Below are positions 24,314-37,881 of a stretch of DNA of 64,000 nt, one piece after another. Below the pieces are notes generated by a model that did no database searches, was not told where the DNA came from, and saw only the letters and a list, made by a program, of their open reading frames with translations. The stretch is from Tubulanus polymorphus (Eukaryota; Animalia; Nemertea): positions 7,835,950-7,899,949 of the forward strand of contig NC_134026.1 in the NCBI RefSeq assembly GCF_964204645.1, written 5' to 3'. Within the stretch, counting starts at the first letter, position 1; each line of letters opens with the position of its first letter. The translations under genes were made by a program, and so were the position numbers.

Positions 24314-26162
24314 ACTGTAGAAGACATCAATCCAACACAGAATCGGGTCGGAACTCATTGATGGCTATTGATTGCAAGCGACAGCCAGAGACCGTTTTGA
24401 AATAGGCCTAGATGTAGCTCATTTCCAATATCGATGTCCAATATTTGACACCTTGCATTTTAATACTTCGAGATTTGATTTTAGATTTGGATGATTCTGT
24501 ATAAAAAGATCGTTAATTCAGCGCGCGTGAACGGCTTGTTACACCTACAGAACGGACAAAATAAAAGAGTAAACGAAGAGGTCAGACAATAAATCATTTG
24601 ACAGATATTGATTTAAGTTTCATACCGATGTTTATAAATATCGCAGGAGTAAAAATCTTTTGAAAATCGGAGACGCGTATATCATCAAAACCACAGGCGG
24701 AATAGTTCCCGTTCAAAAACTCGATTTCTTCAACATTCTCAACACTACTCTAATTGATAGACTATTATACAAGTTATTTACATTTTTATCTCATTTGAGT
24801 CTAGACGAGATTCTCTTCCTTCGGTTGCTATTACTGTTTTTGCGAGAAATGATCGTTTGTAAAGATGGTATCGCTTTGGACAAAATCTGTGTTACCTAAC
24901 TTTTTTGTTTGTTCAGTGTAAATAATGTGAAAATCAGCGGAATCATTTGCCCAATAATTGGCATACTCCAAATATGAATGCACAAAATAAGGGACCGGTA
25001 TGCATTTTTCAATTACAATGTCAGGAGATAAGCGACTTGTACATGATGGCCAATACATGAGCCTGTACATGATGCACCGCGTGAAACTTTTTTTTGCAAA
25101 CGAAATTGATATGTTCTATGCATGTTAATTGATGGTCATTTCTAAAAAGATCTATTTAATGAAGCAGCGTCACCAGCGGCAGTGTCCACATTATGCGTGC
25201 AGCAAATTCTCAAAGGGAAGCATTCTCAGGGGAAGCATTAGAAGACTATAGAACAGATAACTTTCGGCTATCCGGTTGAATTGCATCTTCTTGTGTGCGG
25301 GATTTGTAACAAAATTCTAAATTAAAAGGTAGGGAATTTTATAAATTGTTGAGACTAAAGTTCAATTTAAATTGTAGAATAAAAGTTGAGTATTATCATA
25401 TTTAAATCCGGAGTTCCTTTTATTCCTTGGTTTTCGGGTTTCTGTGTTCGTGGTCGACTTTCTCGCCAGGGACCGGAGTTTGTAATAGAGGAAAAAGACA
25501 ATAGAGAAAGGGACCGCGGAACAATAATGTAAATGGACATATTTTAAGTCACTCAATCAATGAAACCAATACTTGAATTTGTAAATTTTTAAACTTGTGT
25601 GATAAAGTAAATGGGCATTATTTTGTTAAATGGACATTTTTGTATGACTGTTAAGCTCCACAATCATTGAAACCAAAAAGTTGAAATATCGACAGGTTTT
25701 TATGGGACTATAATATTTATTGCGAACGAACGTTTCTGTTTTATTTGAAATAAAGATGAATTTCTTTGTGTTGTTCTAGTTATGAATACAGACGCCAGCA
25801 GTTTCACACACTCAGTGCGTCACATCCCACTGGTTCAGTTTCATAGAAATAATTTTACTCAAAAAGTATTCATTCATTGAGGCGGTAACCTCGAATTGAG
25901 TAAAGTTTTTTAAAGAAATCGAACGCAATTGGTTTGTGAAACTGGACCCTCTGCTCAAACTTGTTTTATTTTGAAAAAAGTCTGAATCATTCAGTGAAGT
26001 TGTATGTTTAGAGCTGATGGTCTATTCAACTAATTCGTCCTTTCTTCGTGAAACCATGGACACTAAAACTGAATTAAATGCTGTACTCGCTAATTAGTGT
26101 GCCAAACAGCAGCATCTAATACTGATTGAAACCATAGAAAACGGTAACCAAATCCTACATAT

Positions 26163-26360
26163 GTAGTTCTAGTTCTAGTTCTATCTATTACTGGCCAACT
26201 TCAACATGTTTTGCCAGGTACGGTCTTTTGCTGTTAAATCAGTGAGTCGACAAGCACTGATATGTGTCCTACCTGAATAGCATGGTTTCACTAGGATTCG
26301 AACCCTCAACCTCTCGGTTGTGAGTCTAACACCTTATTATGTCCACCATGCCACAGGGCA
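26163..26360 (-). mobile_element. tRNA-derived SINE, about 200 bp
   Basis: Minus strand: A-box-like TGGCATGGTGG, B-box GGGTTCGAATCC, body, and a (TAGAAC)3 tail. Confidence 0.65.
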
Positions 26361-27178
26361 AGACAATATGTTAAGGGAACGGTTTCACAGATAAACAAAA
26401 AGAACAACAAAAACAGATCATGAAGAAAAACTTGGCCTTTTGTGAGACTTGACCCCAATTGCCGCTTAAACACATTACATGTCATTAATTTCTTCATGTA
26501 TGAAATCCATTGGTCCTGAGAGACGGATTGATGGTGAAACAAGGGATTCCCTTGACTTTTTTTTACTTGGAGCAGGTACCAAACACGGCGGGGGATTCCC
26601 TTCGATATGTAGTGGCATAGCTGTACTTGGAAACCCCTCCTTTCTAAAGGTTTGATTTCTTCAAAAGTTAGGTTGGGTATGTGGCGCGAAAACCACTTCA
26701 ATGCGTAGCTAAGATGCTGGCCTATGAGCCATAAGCAGGATTTCCCCTGAATCTATGCGCTTAGATATGAACTAAAATCTCGAATTTCTTGTTTTTACTA
26801 AAGGATATACAAGATTTTGGAATAGTGGTCTGAGCTCTGCACTATAATGCTGCGTATTGGACTTGGCCAGTAGTTAGTTTCATCTCATGAATTTCCTTGG
26901 CCATTTATTTCCCATAGGTGAATACCTCGACCATTTTTCCTACATTCCGACAAAACATCATTTTACAGAATAATGCCATGTTTTCATTAGACCTCACCGA
27001 CACAATCTTCCACTCTTTGTCGGTCATTTATGTTCGGAGCTGCAGTTGCTCAAAAGGTTGGTCAACCTAGTGACTATCTAAGTCCATTGTTACCACCGTA
27101 CTTACCCGATTGTTATCTTATAGCCAGCATTTTAGCAAATGTAATAATAATGGTTATCTCACGCGAGTTAGCATGCAG

Positions 27179-27740
27179 GGGCCGGTTGCTCAAAGGTTGG
27201 TTAACCGTCGGTTTGATCGGGTTGCTCAAAAATTTACCCATTGTTTAAAGTTAAACGACCCATGGGGCTATGTTAAGTTCTTAACCAGTGGTTAAAATGG
27301 CCAGCGTAGTTTTTTACTGCCTGCATTCGGCTACAACAGAGTAAATCTACATTGATTCGAGCATCTAAATCAATTTTCGGATGAATGTCTAAGAGAAAGA
27401 TTGCGTTTTGAAAGAGATGGGATAAACTTTTTAGCTGAACTTTTACGCGAGGAACCACAGATGTAGAAGTAAAGATATTTCACAGATGTCCAAGACCCTG
27501 CCCTTTTATTACAACATGAATATCACCATGGACGTATAGACTAGAGCTTAACACTAGTCTATGCGTCCATGATGACACTTATATATAACAGTACCCTTGT
27601 ATTCTTTTATATAACTTTGTATGTATATATTCGTGTTGTAATTCGAGGGAAAATAAAGTTATAATATTATTATCAAAAAAGTCACGCTAGAATATAACCT
27701 TTCAACCAAGCATTGCAATCTATTTCTATAAAATTGGCTT
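27179..27740 (+). mobile_element. Truncated Harbinger-like MITE copy with nested LINE 3' fragment (27471-27678, AAGT TSD)
   Basis: Inverted near-identical copy of 2325-2891. Confidence 0.78.
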
Positions 27741-28142
27741 CGATTAATAATCGATTTTCTATTCGCTCTGTTAAAAATTAATCTTATACAAATGATTTAT
27801 TTGTAGCTGTTACTTCATACAACTTGAAAAGCGTGTTAGATATTTATATACGGATGATTTTCCATCTCATCCTTTTGGTTCATTGATTTAGTTGGTCTTG
27901 CCCCAGACCCTTGATTCCAGTTTTGAACGAAGATTGATATTCCGAGCTGTAAGAGATTGTTCTATGTTACAGCGCGCCTGATAAGATTAGATGCAGTTCG
28001 CAGATGAATAAAGCAGATGCGATTCTTTCACACCAGGCAACCGGACACTGGCAAGAGAGGATTCAACATGGCGGCAGGAGGTAGTTTGGTTTTCACCTCT
28101 CCGCAATAATTTGGTCGTCTACACATAATTTAACCTCATACA

Positions 28143-29606
28143 ATGGCCAATAAGGAATTAAAAAGACCCCTAACGGTCGTATGTATCGGAGGAAGAATCT
28201 CTGAAGAGGATATATTATCCGATCTTAAAGGATTATTGAGTGAAATTAGAGCAATTCAGATATTGAAAATGGTGAGTGTTTGATAACTTTCAACGCTGTC
28301 GACTCAATAAATAATTTCCTAAAACGAGACACGAAGATAAGGAATCGAGTAATTCAAGAAATTCAAAGTTGATGAGATCACTGATGTAACGAACATAATG
28401 GTGAAAGATGCTCCAGTTGAGTTGTCGGATGCTTTTATCCATGCTCAATTATCAGCATTTGGCGATATTGTTAATGGTAGCCTAAATAGAGGAAAAATCA
28501 AAGGTACAGACATTTTGAATGGATCTATATATGCTAAGCTAACTAATGTTAGAAAAGTTGTTCCCGTAAACGTTAAATTCGGACGATCTAATGTAAGATT
28601 GTACTGCGACAACAACAAAACGGAATGCGTATATTGTGGCGATACCAATCACCCGTATTATCAATGCGTTTTAAGGACTCGCAAACTCTGCTTTAAATGC
28701 AAGTCTGCCAATCATCTGGCTGCTGAATGTCCGATGGGTGTCGTATGTTATCACAATCGAGTCGAGGGGCATGAAAAAACAGACTGTCCAAAATTATCGG
28801 ATGTGCAGAAAAAACTTGATTTCGGGGAATCAAACTTCGCCCGAGATCCCGCCAGTACACCAATTATACCGGCCAACCGATCCGAGACGGTGAATGAAGC
28901 GAATACGTCACTCAGCGAAGAGAACATGTCACCCAAGCCTCAATTTGTAATTCTGGGAGACTCGAACTGTAGTCGTATTGTACCCAGCGACCTTCCAAAT
29001 AGCGTCCATATTCACGCCGTTTCGGGAGCAACAGCCCGTGACATCAGCAAACATGTACTGGAAATTGATCAATCGATAGACCGCGATAACATTTAATCGG
29101 TCGTGTGTCACCTGGGAACCAATGATATTAGCCAAAACAAAGCAGACGAAGAGCAAGTCGTCTTAAATATGACCAAAGCTGTAAATATCTTACAATCTCG
29201 TTTCTCGTCTGCTAAGATCAACGTATCGAGCATATTGCCAAGAAAAGGGAAAAGTAAAATGGTTAATTCACTTAACCAAATAACTTCGACCGTGAATAGC
29301 TACTTAAAGAAACTGTGTTCTGACGAAGTAAACCTTAACTTTATCGATAATGATGCTATTTTCCGACCAAATCTCACTGTTACCCGTGCGCTATATGACA
29401 ATGACGATAAAACCGGTGTGCATATCGGAGTCGAGGGCGCTTCCCTCCTGACGCGCACATTCCTGAATGCGCTTGGATTACCCGAACAATCCAAGAAACG
29501 ATCGCGCAGCGAGACATCATCGACTGATATCAGCCCCAGTAATCTACAAACAGCCAAAAAAGATAGAATTTTGGCGTGTATGGATTCGCCTGTTACAACC
29601 ATGTAA
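28143..29606 (+). pseudogene. LINE ORF1: Tx1/ZCCHC3-like RRM-type region, three CCHC knuckles, SGNH-esterase-like domain
   Basis: CVYCGDTNHPYYQC, CFKCKSANHLAAEC, CYHNRVEGHEKTDC; then VILGDSN, HLGTNDI and D..GVH blocks. One in-frame TAA at 29094-29096 and frameshifts in the first 250 bp. Confidence 0.8.
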
Positions 29607-29609
29607 TTT

Positions 29610-32600
29610 ATGTCCATTACAAATAACTGTCAATATTATGATGAGAGTTCATTTATTCGCCAAGAAAACAAATTTTCGTTATGTGCTTTTAACATACGAA
29701 GTTGTAGCAAAAATTTCGATAATTTCGACGCCTATATAAATAATTGTATTAAGACTAACTTTTCAGTCATTGGTCCCACTGAAACGTGGACCAGGGACAA
29801 TGCTGATAATAACAGATTATATGATTTATCTGGATAAAATAATATATTCAAGAACCGCGATCGCGCAAATGTCGGTCGGGATCACGGTGGCGGAGTAGCT
29901 ATTTACTATAAAAGTACGCTGAAAGCCAAAGTTAGAACCGATCTTTCGGGAAATACATCTATATTTGAATCGCATTTTATTGAAATTGACTTTGGAAAAC
30001 AGAAAAACAAAATTATCGGTATAGTCTATAGACCCCCAGACCTTAGTGTAAATGATTTTACTAATGAATTTAAATTACTTTTAGATAAAATCAACAATGA
30101 AAACAAAATAGTTTATATTATGGGAGATTTCAATATCGATTTACTTAAACTTGGTACCCATAAGCAAACTGAAACTTTCTTCGACATTATTACGACCTAT
30201 TCATTATTCCCATTGATAAATAAACCCACAAGAATAACATTTCAGCTACTGTCATTGATAATATTTTTTGTAATGATTTAGATAGTGTATTTACTAGTGG
30301 CATTCTCTGTACAGATATTTCTGACCATTTCCCGGTTTTTACTGAGAGTGATCAGTATGTAACTACGAAAAGCAATTTAGCAGCAAAATTCCGGAATTTT
30401 AACTGCCGTAATAAGGCAAAATTTGAAAGACGGCTACTAGCTTGCGACTGGTCAGCAATTTATAACAACTATGATCCTCAATTTGCTTATAATTCATTTA
30501 TGTCTGAATTTTCAGCGTTGTATAACGAATGTTTCCCTTATTTCACTTGTAAATCTACTAGTAAAAATAATCTTAAGCCTTGGCTTACAAGTGGTTTGTT
30601 AAAATCAATCAAACGTAAGAACTGTCTGTATAAGAAATCTTTTTCAAGTCCCTATAATACAGAAAAAAAGAGCGATACCTGTCCTATAAACGCATTCTGA
30701 CAAGATTACTTAGGCAGGCGGAAAAGCAATACTACGATCATAAATTATTATTAGCAAAAAACGATATGAAAAAAACATGGAATACTATTAATAATGTAAT
30801 TGGGAAAAAATCATGTAGAGATAAATTACCTGATGTTTTTCTTTTAAATGATACCAAAATATCCGGAAAACAAAATATAGCTGATGAATTCAACTCCTTT
30901 TTTGTAAACATTGGTCAGAAACTAGCAAGTTCAATACCAAATTCAAAAACTCACTTCAGTGTTTATTTAGAGGATCCTGCTCGTGACAATTTTTTCTTCT
31001 TTCCGACAGATCCTAATGAAATATGTGAAATAGTCAAATCATTTTCTTGTAAAAAAGGTATCGGTGTTGACACGGTATCTCTATAAAGGTTATAAAAGAC
31101 GTAATTGATATTATAAAAACTCCGTTGGCTCACATTTTTAACTGCAGTCTCCAAACTGGAATCATTCCTGAGGAACTAAAAACAGCTCGAGTGTGCCCCA
31201 TTTTTAAGACAAGTAACACGGCGTCGTTCGATAATTATCGACCAATCTCGGTATTACCATGCTTTTCAAAAATTCTTGAAAAATTAGTTTATAATCGCCT
31301 GGTTTCATTTTGTGATAAATTCTCACTCATAAATCAAAATCAATTTGGATTTAGAAGAAAGTACGGAAGCGATAAAGGGCCTCGAGATGTCGCGTTCAAA
31401 CTCGACAAGTCGCCATATCTATGTCGATATATCGCGATAAATCGCGTCCAGTCGACATGAATATGTCGACATATCGTGACGTTTCCACGACAAATTTCGC
31501 TTTTTCGCCCATTTTCCACGGGACAAGCCATCATTTGAAGACATGTCTAAATGTAAGATGAGGACACCAGTGATATGACGACTGAGTTTCAAGTCGTCAT
31601 GAATATGTCGACTTGTCGCGAGGAAAGTGGTGGAGAGAACGAAATATGTCGTCAATACGTCACGATATATCGACATATTCATGTCGACTTGACGCGATAT
31701 ATCGCGATATGTCGACATAAATATGACGACTTGTCGAGTTGGAACGCGACATCTCGAGGCCCCTTATCGCTTCCGTACTTCCGTACATTTGATACGGTTA
31801 ATCACGATATTCTTTTAGAAAAATTATGTCATTACGGAATCAAAGGTGTCCCACTAAATTGGTTCAGGAATTATTTAAGTAACAGGACCCAAATTGTTCA
31901 ATTAGATCATATAAATTCAAAACCTCTGCGTATACATTCTGGAGTCCCTCAAGGATCAATATTAGGACCACTTTTATTTCTATTATACATTAATGACTGC
32001 ACTAAAGCCTCCAACATTTTGAAATTCATTTTGTTCGCAGATGATACGAACTGTTTCCTTAGTGATTGGAACATCAAAGAATTATGTAAAACTTTTAACT
32101 CAGAACTATCAAAACTGGTTGATTGGTTTCGTGCCAATAAATTGTCACTGAATGTAAAAAAACCCTTTTTATTGTATTTAGTAAAGTCAATTATGCCAAT
32201 ATTAGATTATACATCGATGGTAAAAGAATTAATCAGGTCCATGTTACAAATTTTTTGGGAGTTTTAATTGATGACAAGTTAACTTGGAAGGACCATATTA
32301 AATCGGTTAGTAAAAAAGTTGCCTGTAGTATAGGCATTTTAAATAGAATAAAAAATAAACTACCATCTAAATCCTTAGTGACTCTATACTTTTCTATGAT
32401 TGACCCTTATCTCCAATATTGCAATATGATTTGGGGTACAAATTCTGGAACTATTTTGAACCCACTTGTACTATTACAGAAGAGAGCTGTAAGATTAATT
32501 TCTCATTCAAATTACCTAGCACATAGAGATCCCATATTCAAACGTTTAAAAATCTTGAAACTCCGCGATATTAATGACTTACAATTAGCTGTTTTCGTTT

Positions 32601-32836
32601 ATAAATTTGCCAATTCCTTACTGCCTGCATCTTTCAACGGTTATTGGAGATCAAAATTCCAAATACACCGAAGTAATACTAGGAAAAAGTTCGATTTAGA
32701 AATTGATAGATTCAAAACCCTAAAACGAAAATTTTCGGTCAAACTGTCTGCACCAATCCTCTGGAATAAGCTACCAAAGAGACCTAGTATTAATTCGTTT
32801 CGTCTTAGCTATAAAAAACTGAAGTTTTCCTTATAA
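29610..32836 (+). pseudogene. LINE ORF2: APE endonuclease plus reverse transcriptase, disrupted by stops, frameshifts and a MITE
   Basis: NIRS, TETW, GGGVAI, IVYRPP, MGDFNIDL, PTRIT, SDHFPVF (EN); NYRPISVLP, FDTVNH, GVPQGSILGPLLFLLYIND, FADDT (RT); LQKRAVR C-terminal block. Confidence 0.92.
31364..31775. mobile_element. MITE with long TIRs (over 100 bp imperfect) and TA TSD, inserted into the LINE RT domain
   Basis: TA-cggaagcgataaagggcctcgagatgtcgcg ... cgcgacatctcgaggccccttatcgcttccg-TA; a degenerate half-copy lies at about 33460-33595. Confidence 0.88.
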
Positions 32837-34548
32837 AGCTATTTTGTGAGTTGTTCAGATGCTCCAATTATTCCTAATTCATCTATTTCTGTGTGGTGTG
32901 TTATTATGAACATGTGATCGAGTGTGTGAGGGGTGTGTGTGTTTCCGCGTGCATGCGTACGTCTGAGTGTGGTATGAATGTAAGGGGCCTTGCATACATA
33001 AGCATTCTTTTGCTTCTCCAAGACCCTGCCCTTTTATTACAACATGATACCATGGACGTATAGACTAGACCTTAACACTAGTCTATGTGCCCATGATGAC
33101 ACTTATATATAACAGTACCCTTGTATTCTTTTATATAACTTTGTATGTATAATTGTGTTGTTATTCGAGGGAAAATAAAAGTTATTAGGATGTAATGGGT
33201 TCGAGTCCAACTGATATTTGCCAAATTAAAATATATTTAGTTATTCAAAAATTAATCACGATATAGACGTTTATTGAAAGAAAAGTTTCCAATAGATGGA
33301 GAGTTTCCTATGTTAAAAAGGTAGTTCATTGAAAGTAGTAGGAACCGAATAGTAAAATAACCTCTTTCCAATAACCCTTTTTAAGAAATTGAATATACGG
33401 TAGTGCGCAGCCATTAACACATGCGCATACACTGGTAACTATCTAAGTATCGGATTATGGTTGACAAAACGAAATATGTCGTGAAAACGTCACGATATGT
33501 CGACATATTCATATCGACTTGACGCGATATGTCGACGTAATTATGGCGACTTGTTGAGACGGCACACGACAACTCGAGGTCCCTAATCGCTTCCACCAGT
33601 CAGAAGATCTACCATAGATTAAAAAAAATGTGTGAATGTAGCTCCGTTTATTTACCTACCACAGCTTAAAGATTAGAGAAACTATTTTTATGGGACTGAT
33701 ATTTATCGCAATAAAAGAGCACCAGGGGTTCGATTATGTACAAATAGGTTGTTACTACGAGCAGGATAATCTACTGAAACAAACCTTATCGTTCTATTAA
33801 AATGCAAAGTTTGCAGCTATTCTCACTTATGATACGTTGCATATGTCGCTCTTTTTTTTAAGGTTCGAGAGTATCAAAAAGACCCTTTTTCGGGAACCAA
33901 CGAGTCTAAGATAAAATGCTAAGAAATTGCTGAACTTCTCCTGGAGGGCTCTCCCAAAGGATTGTAGGAAAATGGCCAAGGAAAAATTGGCCACAGAAAA
34001 AAGTCCAAGGAAGATAGAATAGAAAACTAAGTATTATTTCATTAACTATCACAAAATCAAATGTATTGATCATTTGACATGTCGCTTTTTGAGGTTATTC
34101 TTTGAATTATGTAATCGGAAAGTTAGAAACAGCCTTCTTACGAAGAGAAATGCTATGTGATATCATTCTGTCGTCACTGAGAACAAATTGAACTTGTGCA
34201 AGCAAGATGTTTTACCATATAGATCTCACCATAAAATGAATTTTAGTGCAACGAATATATATATTCCATTTCGTTATATTTGTATTCATGATAATAGACA
34301 TTATCTGAGTCTAAATTCTGTTAGATTTCTAAGAATTGATTTTCTTTTTGTTGTTAACAATAAATTTTGATAAAAAATTGTTACTGTAATAAAGACTTAA
34401 ATGATTTCGTTACACTAAAGTTAAATCAATTTTGCAACGCGCGAGAAGACACAGTCAGTGTCAGAACATTTTCAGACAGTCAGTACACTCTCCCACAGTT
34501 AGTACACACTCAGATAGTCAGTACACACTCATAGGTTCCTCGTGCATC

Positions 34549-35496
34549 ATGAATTCAACTCAGATTCAAACCAGTCGAACTTACAGTTACATCGTTCTCA
34601 TGTCTGTGGTGGACAGATCTGGAACCCATCTAACAGTGTCATTGGTCGTTCTGCCTGTCTTGTTTCTGTTCGGGGCCTTCGGAAATTCAGCTACATTCCT
34701 GATAATGATAAGTCACAGATTCCGCAGTTTATCTTATGCTAACTATCTTATCGTTTTGTCGGTCTGCGATTCCTTGAACTGTCTCAATTATACACTAATA
34801 CCTGTTTCACAGTTTGTTCTCTTGCATGTAAAATATGGTCCTATATTCATCATAAATTCAGTGATCAGTTGTCAAATATATGAATTTGTAATGGCACTTG
34901 TATTTGCCAATAGTTCGTGGTTAATAGTAGCAATATCCCTAGAACGTGCGGCAGTTGTGCTCTTCCCGTTCACATCTCGTTTGGTATGTACACCGAGATT
35001 CGTTAGATTTGCTATGTTGACAATTACCGCAGTGAATGCACTGGTTCTTTATCTTCTACCAACTTTTTCAATCTATTTTAAGGATCCAACGTTCGGATGT
35101 TACAATAGATTAATCGACCAAATAACATATTTCTCCATATTTGTTATCTACGCGTACATTCTACCGTTAACATTTATAATAATTTCAAATACTGTTATAA
35201 TAGCTCAGTTATTCAGAGGTTCAAAAATGGTTTCATCTGATCAGAAAACTACAAAATCGAAACGTACAACGATAATGCTCGTAACAGTTTCACTCGCATT
35301 TGCAATATTTACACTTCCATCCGCTATTTCTGTATTCTTACCAATCTCATCGGAACAAAAATATTTTCTATATGACATTTTCACACAATTCCATGTTTGC
35401 AACTACGTGGTAAATTTCTACATATATCTTTTACTGGGACGAGAAATTCGTGAATATTTCTGTATGAAAATCCGCTTTAGAAATTCAGTAAAATAA
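34549..35496 (+). CDS. Orphan class A GPCR, cluster copy 3, 315 aa (closest paralog of copy 1)
   Basis: Full 7TM ORF from MNSTQ; the ORF-track start at 34432 is TTG upstream of the VNTR. Confidence 0.92.
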   Translation: MNSTQIQTSRTYSYIVLMSVVDRSGTHLTVSLVVLPVLFLFGAFGNSATFLIMISHRFRSLSYANYLIVLSVCDSLNCLNYTLIPVSQFVLLHVKYGPIFIINSVISCQIYEFVMALVFANSSWLIVAISLERAAVVLFPFTSRLVCTPRFVRFAMLTITAVNALVLYLLPTFSIYFKDPTFGCYNRLIDQITYFSIFVIYAYILPLTFIIISNTVIIAQLFRGSKMVSSDQKTTKSKRTTIMLVTVSLAFAIFTLPSAISVFLPISSEQKYFLYDIFTQFHVCNYVVNFYIYLLLGREIREYFCMKIRFRNSVK

Positions 35497-37256
35497 CCAT
35501 TTATTACAAAGTTGTTTCGCTCCATACAACTCGAAGCGTCTTTACCAGAAAAAAATTGCTCTGAAGAAATGATTAAGGAATTGTTATATTTTTTTTCAAA
35601 GAAAAACAACTGGAAATATCCAATTCCCGTGAGGGTGAATGTCAAATCGATGTGTTCTGTGCAAGGTCGCAGTAAAATAAAAGAACCAGCCCGGCGTGTG
35701 TCTTCGTTTTCGGTACGCTTAGTACATCCGACTCTGCATTCCATCTGATTATCTTCTCGTATTGTCGGAATGATGGATAATAGAAGGTTCAAAACCTAGG
35801 TTCAAACCCTGATGGCGACAGAGTTTCTTGGTCGAAGGTTCTTCTCTGGTCTCTACCCCATTGGGGAAAAAGAAATACCGAACCCGCTTATAATGCCCTG
35901 CGTGGCGCTTAGCGAGTTGAGGGTGTTTAAAAAAAAGGATTATAGAATCTAACAGTAGCTATGTCTTTCCTTTATTTTCCAAAATATTTAGATCATAAAA
36001 TTATATTCCTCGATACAATGTATCCAAAACTAACAATATTTCGATATTTCCGACAAAGACGAGTTTCCTGCTAGTATATGATAAAACAGTGTATTAGATG
36101 TAATGACGATTGATTTTTGGGAATAATTGATTAGATAAAAGATGCGTAAAGATGTCCTCGAAACAAATTAAGAAAATACAATAAGTATAAGCGTTGAGAA
36201 GGAATCTAACTGATGTGTAGGATGTCATCTGTCAACCGCCTAGTGCAGTCATCCCCTAACTGTTGTGTAGGATGTCTATTGTAAACCGTCCTGTAGTCAC
36301 CACCCTGGTATATAAGGTCTCGCTTCATCAGCTGTAGAATATGGATACCCAATCAAGGATCCATTTTCGTGGAACTTCTTTTAATTCCATATTACTACTG
36401 TTTCATATTTCCAAAAGTAACTCTACACATGACAGGTATCAGACCACAATTAGGTTAGTAGATTGAAGATACGTAAGGCCGGACCCCAAAAATAGTACCT
36501 AGAATGTAGAAGAGGTCCCCATAAATGGTGCCATAATTCTGCAAATGGGATGGGTAACGAATTCCGGTTATATGTATGAAATCCATTGGTCCTGAGAGAC
36601 GGATTGATGGTGAAATAAGGGATTCCCTGGACTTTTTTTTACTTTGAGCAGGTACCAAACACAGTGGGGGATAACCTTCGATATGTAGTGGCATAGCTGT
36701 ACTGGGAAATCCCTCCTTTCTAAAGGTTTGTTGATTATTTCAAAAGTTAGGTTGGGTTTGTGGCGCGAAAACCACTTCAATGCGTAGCTAAGATGCTGGC
36801 CTATGAGCCGTAAGCAGGATTTCCCCTGAATCTATGCGCTTAGATATGAACTAAAATCTCGAATTTCTTGTTTTTACTAAAGGATATACAAGATTTTGGA
36901 ATAGTGGTCTGAGCTCTGCACTATAATGCTGCGTATTGGACTTGGCCAGTAGTTAGTTTCATCTCATGAATTTCCTTGGACGTTTATTTCCCATAGGTGA
37001 ATACCTCGGCCATTTTCCCTACATTCCGAGAAAACATCATTTTACAGAATAATGCCATGTTTTCATTAGACCTCACCGACATAATCTTCCAATCTTTGTC
37101 GGTCATTTATGTTCGGAGCTGCAGTTGCTCAAAAAATTGGTCAACCTCTAGTGACAATCTAACTCCATTGTTACCACCGTACTTACCCGATAGTTATCTT
37201 ATAGCCAACATTTTAGCAAATGTAATAATGGTTACCGCACGCGAGTTAGCATGCAG

Positions 37257-37881
37257 GGGCCGGTTGGTCAAAGGTTGGTTAACCGTCGGTTTGATCGGGT
37301 TGCTCAAAAATTTACCCTAACCATTGTTTAAAGTTAAACGACCCATGGGGCTATGTTAAGTTCTTAACCAGTGGTTAAAATGGCCAGCGTAGTTTTTTAC
37401 TGCCTGCATTCGGCTACAACAGAGTAAATCTACAGTGATTCGAGCATCTAAATCAATTTTCGGATGAATCTTTAAGAGAAAGATTGCGCTTTGAAAGAGA
37501 TGGGATAAACTTTATAGCTGAACTTTTACGCAAGGAGCCACAGATGTAGAATCCACGGTAGAATATAACATTTCAACCAAGCATTGCAATATTTTTCTGT
37601 AAAATTGCCTTTTTAAATTTTCTTACCATTATTAATCAAAACAGACTCCATTTTGATGATATGAGGGACCAATTTCAGAGTGAGGCTGGGCAAATGAAAA
37701 AGAGGCTAACCAGTGGATAAATGATTTAACCACTGGTTAAGGAACTTTAACCACCGGTTAGCAAACCGCGACCTACCCGAGGTTTTGAGCAACCGAATTT
37801 AACTAGTGGTTAACTAACCGCTGGAAAAGTTCTTATAAGTTATCCACCGGTTATCTTAACCAACCTTTGAGCAACCGGCCC
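37257..37881. mobile_element. PIF/Harbinger-like MITE, 625 bp, CAG TSD
   Basis: CAG-gggccggttggtcaaaggttggttaa ... ttaaccaacctttgagcaaccggccc-CAG; many internal ttaacc/ggttaa motifs. Confidence 0.85.

Larger units (their letters stand above)
28063..33186 (+). mobile_element. Full-length, decayed non-LTR retrotransposon (CR1/L2/Crack/Daphne-like group), 5.1 kb, AGGAT TSD
   Basis: AGGAT at 28058-28062 and 33187-33191; the empty site is present in the inverted paralog at about 5490-5500. 5' end tcaacatggcggc (YY1-like), two ORFs, 3' stem-loop and AATAAA-containing tail. Confidence 0.93.

Noticed and set aside
26290-26360. tRNA gene (also B-box motifs at about 5477, 6456, 33198 and 50709)
   Set aside because: A/B-box-like motifs without a complete cloverleaf or acceptor stem; better explained as SINE-derived.
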